The position numbers and the translations under genes were made by a program. A DNA stretch of 64,000 bases from Botryllus schlosseri (taxonomy: Eukaryota): NCBI GenBank assembly GCA_051294905.1, contig CM119380.1, positions 22,940,001 through 23,004,000 of the forward strand. The letters are read 5' to 3'. The notes under the pieces are model-generated. The model was not told the origin of the DNA and did no database searches. It worked only from the letters and a program-made list of their open reading frames with translations. Positions 52,636 through 64,000 of this stretch are shown here, piece after piece (position 1 is the first letter of the stretch; the number at the start of each line of letters is the position of its first letter).

Positions 52636-55600
52636 ATGGCGGGTGATGCACAATTTGGGAAGTCATCCTCGCCAATTATTACACTGAATGTTGGAGGGAC
52701 AAGGTAAGCAATCTTCAATGGATTATTTGTTGATGAACTGAACTGTATGTATTCATTTCACACTAGGTATTGTACGTCACGCGAGACATTGACTTGGATC
52801 CCTGACTCGTTTTTCAGCAGGTAAGTCATTTTGTTGAGCGCGGTTGTTCACAGACAGTTTTTACTGACCGATGGTTAGCGTCTGATTAACTTGTATTAGG
52901 CTCAGGCCATCTATGTGAGAAGGGGTTAGCTCGGGACCTCGGGTTTGGTTACGGTAGCTATCGTTATGATTAGTGTCTCAAGTCTCAAGTGTCGATTACT
53001 TCAGACTATTGTCGACTTGTGTTAGGTTACTTTGGGTTAAGCTAAGGGAGAGTCCAGTGCGATCACCCTGAAATCAATATTATTCAGCTGAAATGTCTAT
53101 GAACAGCCAAAGAAGCACATTTCATTATGATAAAAGTATTTTGGACAGACCGACAAATTATCTTTTTACAGCCTTTTGAGTGGCAGGATCCCATCATTGA
53201 AAGATGAAACCGGTGCAGTAAGTATGTTTTTGATTTGATTTTCGCTTTCCATATTGCACTACAAGATTGACGTAATTGAAGATGCGAAGTAGTCGAAACG
53301 GAATAGTGAAATTATCCGAGAATGTCTAGAATTAGATCTATCAACCTCATACTCTCCTTGATACACCTCTGCCCGTTATCGTGATGCTGAGTGATAACTC
53401 AAAACATTGACTTTTCAAGTTCCTATACATCAATTTACCAAGCTATCACCTGTTTTACAGATATTTGTGGACAGAGATCCATTGTTATTTCGTCCAATTT
53501 TGAATTTTATGCGTTCAAAAGAATTGGATATACGCGGCATAGATGTGGAATCCCTTCGTCATGAGGCTGAGTTTTACGGTATCATTCCATTAGGTCGGCT
53601 ATGTGGCATTTTTTCCGTGGTTGGTACTGTCTGTATAAAATTCTACCTATTTTTTTAGTCTCGCGTCTGTCGGTTTGCGCCGAGCTGGATCACTCTGGAT
53701 GCGGAAATGTGCTTTTTCACGGTATGATAGAAAAGCCAGTCTTCCCCGTTCCAACCAATCGACCACAGCCTCCGATTGCCAATGCGTATCAAGTACCGAG
53801 GATGAACCCTCCGTCCCAAAACGAAGATATTACTAGAAATTTGCTATCGGTTCCCAAGGACATTGAAGCTGGTAAGCATATGGTCTCTTTCCTAGATTCG
53901 TTCATTCTATTCATGTGATATGACTACAATTGTTGAAGAAAAGTGCCATAGTGTGTTTTAATCCACCCCCTGTATTTGATACTGAATGATTTGGTGCAAC
54001 ATGATTTGTAGTGACTCTTGTTACCGTCTTTATGAAACATTTCACATCTGTATTTTCTGAAAAAAGAAATGGACGCTTATCGCTAGACGTCTAAATATTT
54101 GATTAGGCCTACTTGACTGCAAATGAAATCAACCAACTTCGTTAACACAGTCAGTTGTTTGATTCGAATAAGGTTGCTTTCACATGACATATGAAACATG
54201 TTGAATCATCCGTTACTAGATGTATACTATCAAAATTTAATTGGTTCAACATTGGTTTTGTGGCGTGGCTAACAGAGGGCTTTGACTGATGCATAATGAT
54301 CAAGCAATTCTCTAAATATTCCTAACTACTGCATTCTTGAACGCTCAGTAATTTCATTATTTTTTCCAGATCAGCTCATTCAAGACACTAGAAAAGTTCT
54401 CATCATAACTGGGCACAACAGCTGGATAGCTGTAGCTTACGCGCACTGTGTTGTCTGCTATAAAGTGAAAGATAATTGCGGCTGGCAGCAAGTGTTTATC
54501 AGCCCCTACCTCGACAGTGTCGTGGAGCGTGTCGCCATCAATGCAAAAGTTCAAGGCATGGCGCCGGACTCCAAATCTAGGATGATAGCTGTGGGATATT
54601 CTTGCCATATTCGACTGTGGAGCTTCCAGGATGAGCTTGTATCAAATGAAATTGGTGGGTTGCTTGCCTATTTGTTAACTTCTAGTGGTCAATTTGTTAG
54701 AGCCCAAGAGCCGCATTTTGTTTAGTGTTGCTGCAAAGAGCCTAACCATTATGTCAGCTAAAATGACAACTACCTAACCCTCCTCACACTGATAAGGCTC
54801 CATCTCTTCGTACCACCAAGACCATGAACACCTATCGCCAATGTTCACCGTGTTTGTTTTCGGTGAATGTTTCCCATGACCATTAATTTGCAATGCTCCC
54901 TGTTAATACATCATGTATTGACTTGCGTCATGTTGATACTCAAAGGTTAGGAACTTTAATATAGGTATTTGCCTCATTAAGAGAATATTGATAGTGAATG
55001 TAACGAGGCATTGGTGGCTGAGAATTGTAAAATTAAAATCGATTGAAGAGTCACATGAAGAGGTTGGTCAGCTGTCTTCTAGAGATTACCATTCAATATA
55101 ATTTGTATTTTGATAAGTGATTATATCCTGTTTGTTTTGCAGTCTCCAAACTGATAAAAGCATTTTGCGCACAAAAATCTCTCTTTGGTAGCTTCAGTAG
55201 CAAATTCTAATGGTCTGTACAAACTCAAAGTTTGTTAACCTGTACGTATCACGCTAAATTAGCAGCGGTACGAATACAAATCACAGGCATTAAATAGAAT
55301 ATTCAAATATTGCCAGGAAAGAAATTGGGCCTTGATCTCAATGCTGTCTTATAGTAGAATATCTCAGAATTTCCCCAATACGTCATTGATAAAACAAGTC
55401 TACAAGGAATATTGAACATTTCAGTCAGAGTTGAGGTGACAAGCTCCAAGCTCATTATATATTAATAGTAATAATTAGTAATATTGCAGTTCCGAATGGT
55501 TTCGGTAAAATACTCACCTTATTACAATTCTTACACGGAAATTTATGTATCCTTTTGACAGGGGTATTCAATCTGCAGTCTACCGTAGACTCGTTGTTTT

Positions 55601-58600
55601 TCATTGGGAGTCAGCTCGTCGCTCTCAGTGGCCGAGGGGGAAGGGTCGGCGTTTGGAACGCAGTGTCTCAGCACTGGCAGGCGCAGGATGTGGTTCCTAT
55701 CACGAGCCACGACACGGCCGGATCGTTCTTGTTGCTCGGTGGGGAGAACGGCGGCATTTACTATACTGGTACGTGTCACAGAAGTACCACCTACCTCTGG
55801 AGGGGTTTTCAGCCTTTTCACACTTGAAATTACTCCAGTATTATGGAAACTGTAGGCCAATATATGTTTCGAAATTTGTCGCTTATTGTACTGTCTTTAG
55901 TCATTTTGTGTTGATCGCAATGAGAATCTTCAGATTTTTAACGTAGCCACCTTCTATTGACTACTAAAGTATACGTCACTATATCTACTCCTTGAAACTA
56001 CTTACTCAAGTAATTTAGAGACCCCATGTCTACTTCTAGTTGAGCAGTTTTCACTTATCTTGTAAATCGCTACTTATACTTGTATTTGGGTGGGAATTTA
56101 TATCAGTGCTGGCTACTTTGACCACCTCTGGATAGCACATACAATAGCCTAGCTGGACAGTGTTACAAGTCGATGCTGATTTAATTCGGGTTAGTTCCGA
56201 TTTGACTTGCTCAAAACCTTGCGAATTCTGATGGAATGATGGTTTTACTACCTGCTACCTGCATGCTACTTCTTTCATGAGAATTGTGGGTGTCTTGAAT
56301 TCCTTGTCAATTCAATAGACGTCATCTCGATTTACCTCTTTTACTTGCAGACATGCAGAAATTTCCGCTCCGGTTGAAAGACAACGATCTCCTGATAACG
56401 GAGCTGTATCACGACTCTTCGAACGACGCCATTACTGCGTTGAGCGTCTATCTCACACCGAAAGTACAGAGTGAGTCAATTTTTGAAATGGCGGTTATAT
56501 AATTGTCCAGTTAAGATGTTGACTTTACTTTAATTCTACGATCAGGAAAATTTTGTCGACAGTCTATCACAGCACAGATCAATGTGACAAAAGTTAACCT
56601 GCCTTTGTAGCCGGATTGATTAGCCTGCATTTTGAGTTTGCTGGATCGAATTTTTGACTCACCAACTGCGTCAGTGCTCTGTGCCTGTTGATTTTTCGGA
56701 TACCGCTGTAGGATATTTCTGATTGAGTGTGGGATGCAATACCCACCTATTTTAACATTTTGGATCATTCAGTTCAGTTAGATGTATTGATAAATTTATT
56801 ATTTCAAAACAACACGAGATTACAGTAGAATGATAAGATAGAACGGAGTCGAAGCGAATTGAAGTAGCCATCTAATGAAACACCCACCTTTGCCTGGAAC
56901 ACATACAGTACAGTTGATGTGGGAATTGGTTTAGTTGGATTTTTCCTTTCCCATCATTATATCGGCAATGTATAGTCTTTTTTAATGGATGGAATTGAAA
57001 ATATAAATAATTCCAAATTCTTGAAATCAGACTGTGCAATGTGCATATAAACAAAATCTTGGTAACTCTACCACTTTTGACTGACCCAAATTTGGTACAT
57101 CATAAGTTTACACGTGTACTGAATTTTTATCTATGACGCAGACGCTTTGGCTGGGAACTGGATTGAGGTCGCCTACGGTACTGCATCCGGCACTGTGAGA
57201 GTGATCGTGCAACATCCGGAGCTGGTCGGGCAGGGATTTCAGCTTTTTCAAACGTTTTCGGTGCACTTGAGTCCGGTGACCAAAGTCATGCTTTCCGAAA
57301 AGCATCTGGTGTCAGGTGAATGTCCGAAGGTTTTTTTCGAGTCATGATCCGCTCCGGTACGGTCAGGGGTGGTCAATAACAAAGTACTTCTACTCTTTTC
57401 GAGTTCTCAAGTATGTGGGTTGTGTTATTAGACTACTTCCAGAACTTTGTGTATTAATGGTCATACCACCAAATATGACTATTGATGTACAAAATCCTCT
57501 ACTAGCAGAAAATATTCGGGTTTATTTCAATATGAATATAATAGTCAATTGCATATTGCAGTTCAGTAGCTCCAATAGTCTTAACATATTTGGATATAAT
57601 CATCAATTTCCCCTCTCAGTGAAGCAGGAAAGTTGAATGAACTGAGACACAAAGCCTGGTAAAAATACTGACAGCAATACAGTAATGAAGGAACGGCTTC
57701 CGTTGTTGACAACGTGACCTTATGTGCAGCGGTGTATGCCAATTTGACTAAAGCACACAGTGCTGATACTGATGTACTCGTACATAAATAATGATGAAGA
57801 GTTTGTCCCCTATTGTGTAACTGAAGAAGCAGCCCGTATTGTCTGGATTCGAATGTAAAATAGGAATAAGTCCTGATCATGTTGGCTAGTGTGTTGCTGG
57901 CAATGTTTGCGTTGACTTTGATTTATTTGCAGTGTGCTCGGACAACAATCACGTACGCACTTGGAAGGTCACGAGATTTCGCGGCATGATATCGACCCAG
58001 CCCGGATCCATGCCTCTGGCCTCGTTTAAAGTGGTGTCGTTGGACGCGGAGCACCTGTTGCGTGAGTCGGCCTTTGGTGCTGTTTGGTAAATCCTGCGTA
58101 GGCTTGCACGAGTAATAATTGTGTATGAATGAGGAAAGGCATTGAGTCATGGCGAATTTCCTTTGAGGTGACGCGGTGTCTGGTTTCGTTTGTTGAAACC
58201 GCTTCCGTTTGTTGTTGGCGGCCAGAAAAATTTCACATCAGCTATTGATGCTGACACTGTTCTAAGGCGCCACTACTGATAAACTAGCCTAAATCTGCTT
58301 TTAGTCTATGAAGTCCTAGATCAGAGGTCTCAAACACGCGGGCCGCATGCGGCCCTCGAGATCATTTTGTGCGGCCCGCGTGGGCATTTTGGATTTTGAA
58401 ATTTTCGACAATATCCATCTGCCACATATCTTTTTTTAGATTTGAGAACTTAAAAATCGTTTTAAAACTACTCCAAAAACCTGAAACTACTCATCAAACT
58501 TCCCTTTCAAAAGTTACCATGCGGTGAAAGATCATCTATTACGTCACATCACCTGATTATGATGGTAAAACATTAGCCGTTGATGATTTGTGACTGAAAA

Positions 58601-61600
58601 TGGTGATTTGGACTTGTACGCGACTTTTGTAGAATTACTCGAACTCGGGCTGAAGGGGTGATAATATAAAAATGAATCCAGTTAAGTTAGGTCAAACGTT
58701 ACAATCATAGAAGGACTTGAAATGCCGTGACTTGGTACAACCACAGACGCAACAAACTATCAGACTGTTATGGGAAATAGTAATATATCAAAAGGTCGTA
58801 GCTTGCGTTTCGTATCGTATTTAGCTATCTATGCAGGGCGGTATGGCAACCATTGGAAGTCTGTAGAGATAGTTGCATCTCGCGTCATCTTGGGTCTCTT
58901 TATCCATCGCTAATCAAAGGTGGCGAGTAAAGTAGTGGCAGGGCAGTGTGGTACGCTGCCCAGGTGTATCACAAATGGATTCTTTGGCGATTGGACATTT
59001 CTATTGCTGTGGTACATTAATCATTATATTCAATTTGTTATTGATCTGTTCCAATAATCGAAGGTAAATCTAACGTTGATGTAATTTGACTTTGGTAATG
59101 TCATGATCAATATCATAGTTATCAGGATTAGGCTGTAGGCCTACTGCTCCAATGCTCTGATATCAGATCAATCTTTGTTAAATTCTAAAATATTCTACCT
59201 ATTATTGTGGCACGTCAAATGTCCGCCAGTTGCAAAATTATAACGCGGCAGATTTTAGGATATTACGAATATTCAACTTACGATGCATTTGCACTCTCGT
59301 ATGGTGTCGATAACTAATTATTTTGACAAACTAGGCCAAGTAGCCTGCTACAACAATTTTTTTCGCGCCAGGCGTGAATTCATAATAGTAATCACATTTT
59401 CACGATGTGTGTGGAATGCCAAGTCTGCAAGGTACCGTCAAATAAGGCCTACTTGGAAATACATTGAATACTGGTGCTGCGGCTCGCGACGCCATCAGAA
59501 ACTTGGAAATTGGCCCGCGAGCACATTTGAGTTTGAGACCTCTGTCCTAGATGTAGGCTTTGTGTGTTCATAATATACGCAGTCGGTAGCACGAGCCTTT
59601 TGCTGCCAAATACCGAATACAGGAGACCTCGTGTTCTCTGCAATCTACGCAATACTTAAATTACAATTCAGGTGTATTTTTCACCACGATAATTTGGAAT
59701 GGCGTAATAAAAGACTGGTACAGACTTACAGCGACTTAAAACCTTTTTTTGTTACATTACTGATTTGGTCTCCTTTTGTAAAAAGTTCCCAAGCCTTACA
59801 TTGCTGATCTTTGTCTTGCATAGACATATGGTGTTTATCTACTGATATTTATATATGTACTGTTTAAGCCCTTGGTATAGTTCAGTACGTAAGTTAGTCA
59901 TTACATCTGACCCAACCACATAAAGCTGAGCAGTACTGCTGGAATCTCATTAGTATTCATGGCATGCGCTTTCTTTCCTCGATATGCATTTATCGACATG
60001 CAAACAGGGTGGACCTGACTTTGATTCAGTATCCAATAACCAGGAGCTTACAATGCCGAATCCAACACAGGCATACAACGACCATTCGTCAATACCCATA
60101 ACCGTGGGTGCAACATAGGGGAACGCAATAATTACCGAAGTCATGATGACAAACATAACAATGGTGAAGAACCAACTTACACACGTCCCATGCGGCGTTT
60201 GCTTAATTACAAGCCTGTATATTGCCAGATTACGAGATGAGAGAAGTCTGGAATGTCGATTTGTGCTAAATGCGAATGTGTTAATTCGCTATGAAGTGTA
60301 AATAGCAATTCCTCGAAAACATCGGCGAAATTTTAAACCCCGTCATCGCGACGTTCGTTTACAGTTTCCTGTTTTGTTTCTAGCCGTTGATATGACCGAT
60401 TAGATTTGACAAGAGCGTTACTTACTGACTCTGCGCAATCTCGTTGCAGGGAGCTACGGCACCGGCAACGATATAGGGCCGCACGGAGAGAGGGAAGAGG
60501 AGCAAGTGTTCATACAGAAGGTTGTTCCCGTCTCCGACAGGCTCTACGTCCGTCTGTCGTCGTCGGGCGAAAGGTAAACAAACCCAGTGTTGGTCTGACA
60601 AGAAGTACTTCTGTTTTTTCGAAGTGCTACTTGCACTATTTACTAAACTGGTTAGTTTTTAGACTATTATTACTTCTACTTCGACAGTTTTGTAGGCAAA
60701 CCTACTCACTGTTTGCATTCCAATTCTGAGATGTTTTGGAAATCGCAACTTATACTTGTGATGGAGTAGAATTTTACTTCTACTTGAACTCGAGTAGCAA
60801 TGCTCACTACTTCGGACCATCTAACCGCGGTTTTGCGTCGTTGCAGGGTGACCGAGATTGTATCTGTCGACGGGACAATGATCACTTGCCATTGTTTACA
60901 CGAGTGCGAGGGCTCCACGCGTATGGGCTCGCGTCCGCGGCGGTACCTGTTCACCGGACACAGCAACGGCGCCATACAGATCTGGGACATGACCACTGCG
61001 CTGGAGAAGACCGTCAAGGAACCGGGTCGGTGTTAATACTCCAGTAGTAGAAGTAGAAGTAACAGTGTCTATTATAAGTGGAAGTAGCCATTTTAAGAGG
61101 TGTCAAAACTACCTCGAGTTGGAGCGGAAGATTAAAGCTCTGAAAGTAGGTATATAGTTCCAAAAAGTAGATTTGGTCGAGAGGCTGCGTAATTTTTTAG
61201 CAGTTGATCGAAGGCCGCTACTTTCGAAGTTACAAGATGCGTGTTCTGGTTCAAATAGGCACCATCTTCAAACATGTATTCAGTCGCCGTTACGCAGACG
61301 CTATTTTGAGCTGTCCTTATGAGAATTTCACTTGTAAACTTATCCCCAAACTACTTTGTACTTTACAAAATCCAAAGTGTTCAAAGTTAGTAGTTTTTGC
61401 CTAAAAAACATAGGTCGAAGCATTAGTATTTTGAGAACAGGATCGCTTGAGTGAGTTGTGCAAGCGCGAAAAAGCTACTTGAATGCCCCGAAAAAGTAGT
61501 GGTAGGCATACTTCGTTGGCTGCTACTTTGGGTTTGATACCAACATTTGTGTTTTGCGAACGGGCAGCTGTCGGCGGGCCTTCCGTGGAGGAAATTTTGA

Positions 61601-63173
61601 AGCTGTTGAATCATTGTGACGTGTCGAGGTCGATGTCGCCTTCGATGAGTCCGGCATCGTCGCTTTTGGATAAATTGCTGCTGCGCAGTTCCAACACCAG
61701 CCTGGACAGCACAAATACGATCACTTCCAATACGGACACGTAAGTATATTTGATTCTGGGGTCGCGTCGGCACCCGCATCGCTGCACAATGTTGAGCAGT
61801 AGGGCACAAAGACACGAGTTCGAGTTCAGTGTTAATTGTAATGACCGGAGTCAATTATATATCCTACATATCACGAATAAGATTTTGTCAACGAAAAGTA
61901 TAGTTTCAATACTCGAAAAGACTATTGGACGTACAGAACTTCAGTATGCAATTGAATAATAAATTGTCATATTGAAATAAACTGGAATATTTTCGACTGA
62001 CACTCGTCAGTGGAAATCTTCGGCAACTAGGAGAGAATTCTAAAGGAGTTGGTATATCAACTGTCGTATCACCAATTATGACATCACATACATGGAATTT
62101 CGAAATCTATGCGAACAGAGCTCAATGTACCGTTTGTAGATGATATATGAACCCTTTATGTTGGTTTCAATGCTTTGCACTCAATACATCTAAAACATGT
62201 CGCATGGGGCTCCTAATATTCATGGAACGCAATTTTTTCCAAGTAGTGATAAGAGCGTCATGATGGTCACAAAGCTCTACGGAAGCAGTCATGGTCCGGA
62301 ACAAGGAAATTAGTTATGATGACATGTTACTGTCAACGTTTTCCTTGTGCCCGTAAAAAAGGTACACAATTCAATTTTTGAGTCACGATTATCCGACAAC
62401 CGTCGGAAATGACGGAGTGTAAAGTGTGTCGATCGCGCTAATAGCATTCGTCTCGATGCGCGTAAAGTCCTTTTGATCAACTATATCTCCGCAGGGCTGG
62501 AGCGGCACAAGGAGGCAAGGCATCCGAGGCGTCTGCTAGCCACGATTGTGGCGCATGCGGCGGGCCTGAAGAAAACGCCTCTAGCGTCTCGGACACTCCA
62601 TTCCGAAGACAGCCGTCCGTGCTACACAAACGAAACATATCGGCCTCGAGTTTCTCCCTATCCGCCGCGTCCCCGGCAGGGGGCGTACCTCTCCCGGGGC
62701 ACTCGGCCCCGCCGGCCCCTGACGATGAAGCGCAGAAGAAAAACGCGCCCGCTAAAGCGAAGAAAGAGAAAATAGCCGAGGCCTTCTCTTTCGGCCGCAA
62801 AGGATCCTCTTTAAAAAAGAAACACCAGCGTAGCCTGTCCTCGTCTAGTCAGCAGAGCGATTGCGAGGACTCCCCGCCGCCTGTGCCGGTGCTGCGGCGG
62901 CACATGAGCCTTAAATCTGGCGAGAAGCCGCCCAGCGCGGTTCAGAACGAGCGCATGTCGTTTCCGAACATACACACGATGTGGCGAGCGCCTAACTTCG
63001 CTAGCGAGGAAGAAACGCGGCCGAGCAGAGATGAGGAGAAAACACAGCGGCCTACAACCGCGAGAAACAACTCTTACAAGTCTTCCATTCAGAATTCGTT
63101 GGTGACTGAACTTATGGCGACGCAAAAGGCCGGTAACAAAGCCGCGGACGCTGACGCGGATTCACAAGCGTAA
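52636..63173 (+). CDS. KCTD3: BTB/POZ and WD40-like protein, KCTD3/SHKBP1 pro-ortholog, about 860 aa, 14 exons
   Basis: Exons 52636-52703, 52767-52820, 53172-53217, 53461-53593, 53659-53871, 54370-54654, 55562-55768, 56351-56470, 57142-57315, 57933-58061, 60450-60573, 60847-61025, 61568-61739, 62495-63173. All introns are GT-AG and phases are consistent (2583 nt). Motifs [72 protein letters not shown] match KCTD3/SHKBP1. Confidence 0.95.
58322..59544. mobile_element. hAT non-autonomous element in KCTD3 intron 10
   Basis: TIRs cagaggtctcaaac / gtttgagacctctg; perfect TSD tcctagat. Confidence 0.9.
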
Positions 63174-64000
63174 CGCGCGGCAGCTCGCATCAGCGCGCGT
63201 CTCTCGTGAGAATTCGAGAGAGATTCGAACCGTGGCGTCGTGATGACTTTATGACGTCGCAAAGGAAGAGATGTACGTCCAACTCGCTACCGACCACTTT
63301 TCTCTATAATAGATAACTAACCTACGGTTAGATGCGCAACACACGGCCGTCAGATTCGGATTATAATATAGATTTTGTTAAGAATTGCGACAGTAGTTTT
63401 CGTTCAAGACAAGCTTTGATAAATTTTGCGCTCTGGTCGCAAGCTACAAGACTGCCACATTTTTCCACATGCTGCGAGAATATTGGTATCAGCATCAAGT
63501 TGCCCAACCGAGTCACATGTTTCGGATCTATCCGTAATCTGAGTTATCTATCTTCGCAAGAATTCGGGAAGGATTATATATGATCGTTGGTCACTGTGGT
63601 AGAGTATCCGTATTTTCGCAGAGCGTTTCTATAACGCAGTACGTTAACAGTTAGTGGCGAAGAAATATTTCTACTGCCGCGCTATGGCGATTGGCAGGGT
63701 TTGTTTCCTAATATCAACGGGTTTTATCACAATCCTGTGAAAATATCGATTTTCGCCCCTTTTCCTATGGTGCTGAGCGACTCCGAACCAAGAAATTGAA
63801 TATCGGTCTATATTCCATTTGACATTCCGAAGAGGAGTTCGAAAATAGTATTAGAGCCCCTTGTCTCGTTGCAAACTCGTTCGTGCAGTCTTGGCCGTGT
63901 TTCTGAAGTTTGGCCTTCCGTTAATCGAGGCACCCGCCCGTCTAAATACTGATGAGCATGGCGTGCTATTAACTATGCTCTTTCGAATCATTTTCATTAT

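Noticed and set aside
52399-52653. Minus-strand ORF divergent from the KCTD3 start
   Set aside because: No recognisable motif or partner exons; it overlaps the likely promoter/5'UTR.
1-64000. CRISPR arrays, rRNA or tRNA genes, prokaryotic or viral modules
   Set aside because: None seen; the repeats are eukaryotic TEs and the tRNA-like boxes belong to SINE heads.

Overview
Eukaryotic, AT-rich, intron-containing and TE-dense window. Minimal introns of 60-65 nt and a chordate-like KCTD3 suggest an invertebrate chordate, probably an ascidian (inference). Most short ORFs in the supplied track are spurious or TE remnants; the real genes are spliced. (1) A 14-exon KCTD3/SHKBP1 pro-ortholog at 52636-63173 (+). 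(2) A cluster of small secreted amphipathic-helix genes that the ORF track misses: gene A (31531-35803, 142 aa, polybasic tail) and gene B in two apparently identical copies (42651-43324 and 46628-47301, 78 aa, 11-residue repeats) within a 3977-bp tandem duplication. All three have three coding exons with a 73-nt signal-peptide exon, a phase-1 intron and then a phase-2 intron. This is the layout of vertebrate exchangeable apolipoprotein genes, and they lie next to KCTD3/SHKBP1. (3) An intronless secreted 173-aa gene at 12558-13079 with a TATA box and an AU-rich 3' region, whose mature part can be aligned by eye strand by strand to the IL-1/FGF beta-trefoil. The remainder is hAT elements and MITEs (many with 8-bp TSDs), a tRNA-derived SINE family and LINE fragments. 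Homology calls for (2) and (3) are manual inferences and need HMM, structure and RNA-seq confirmation.
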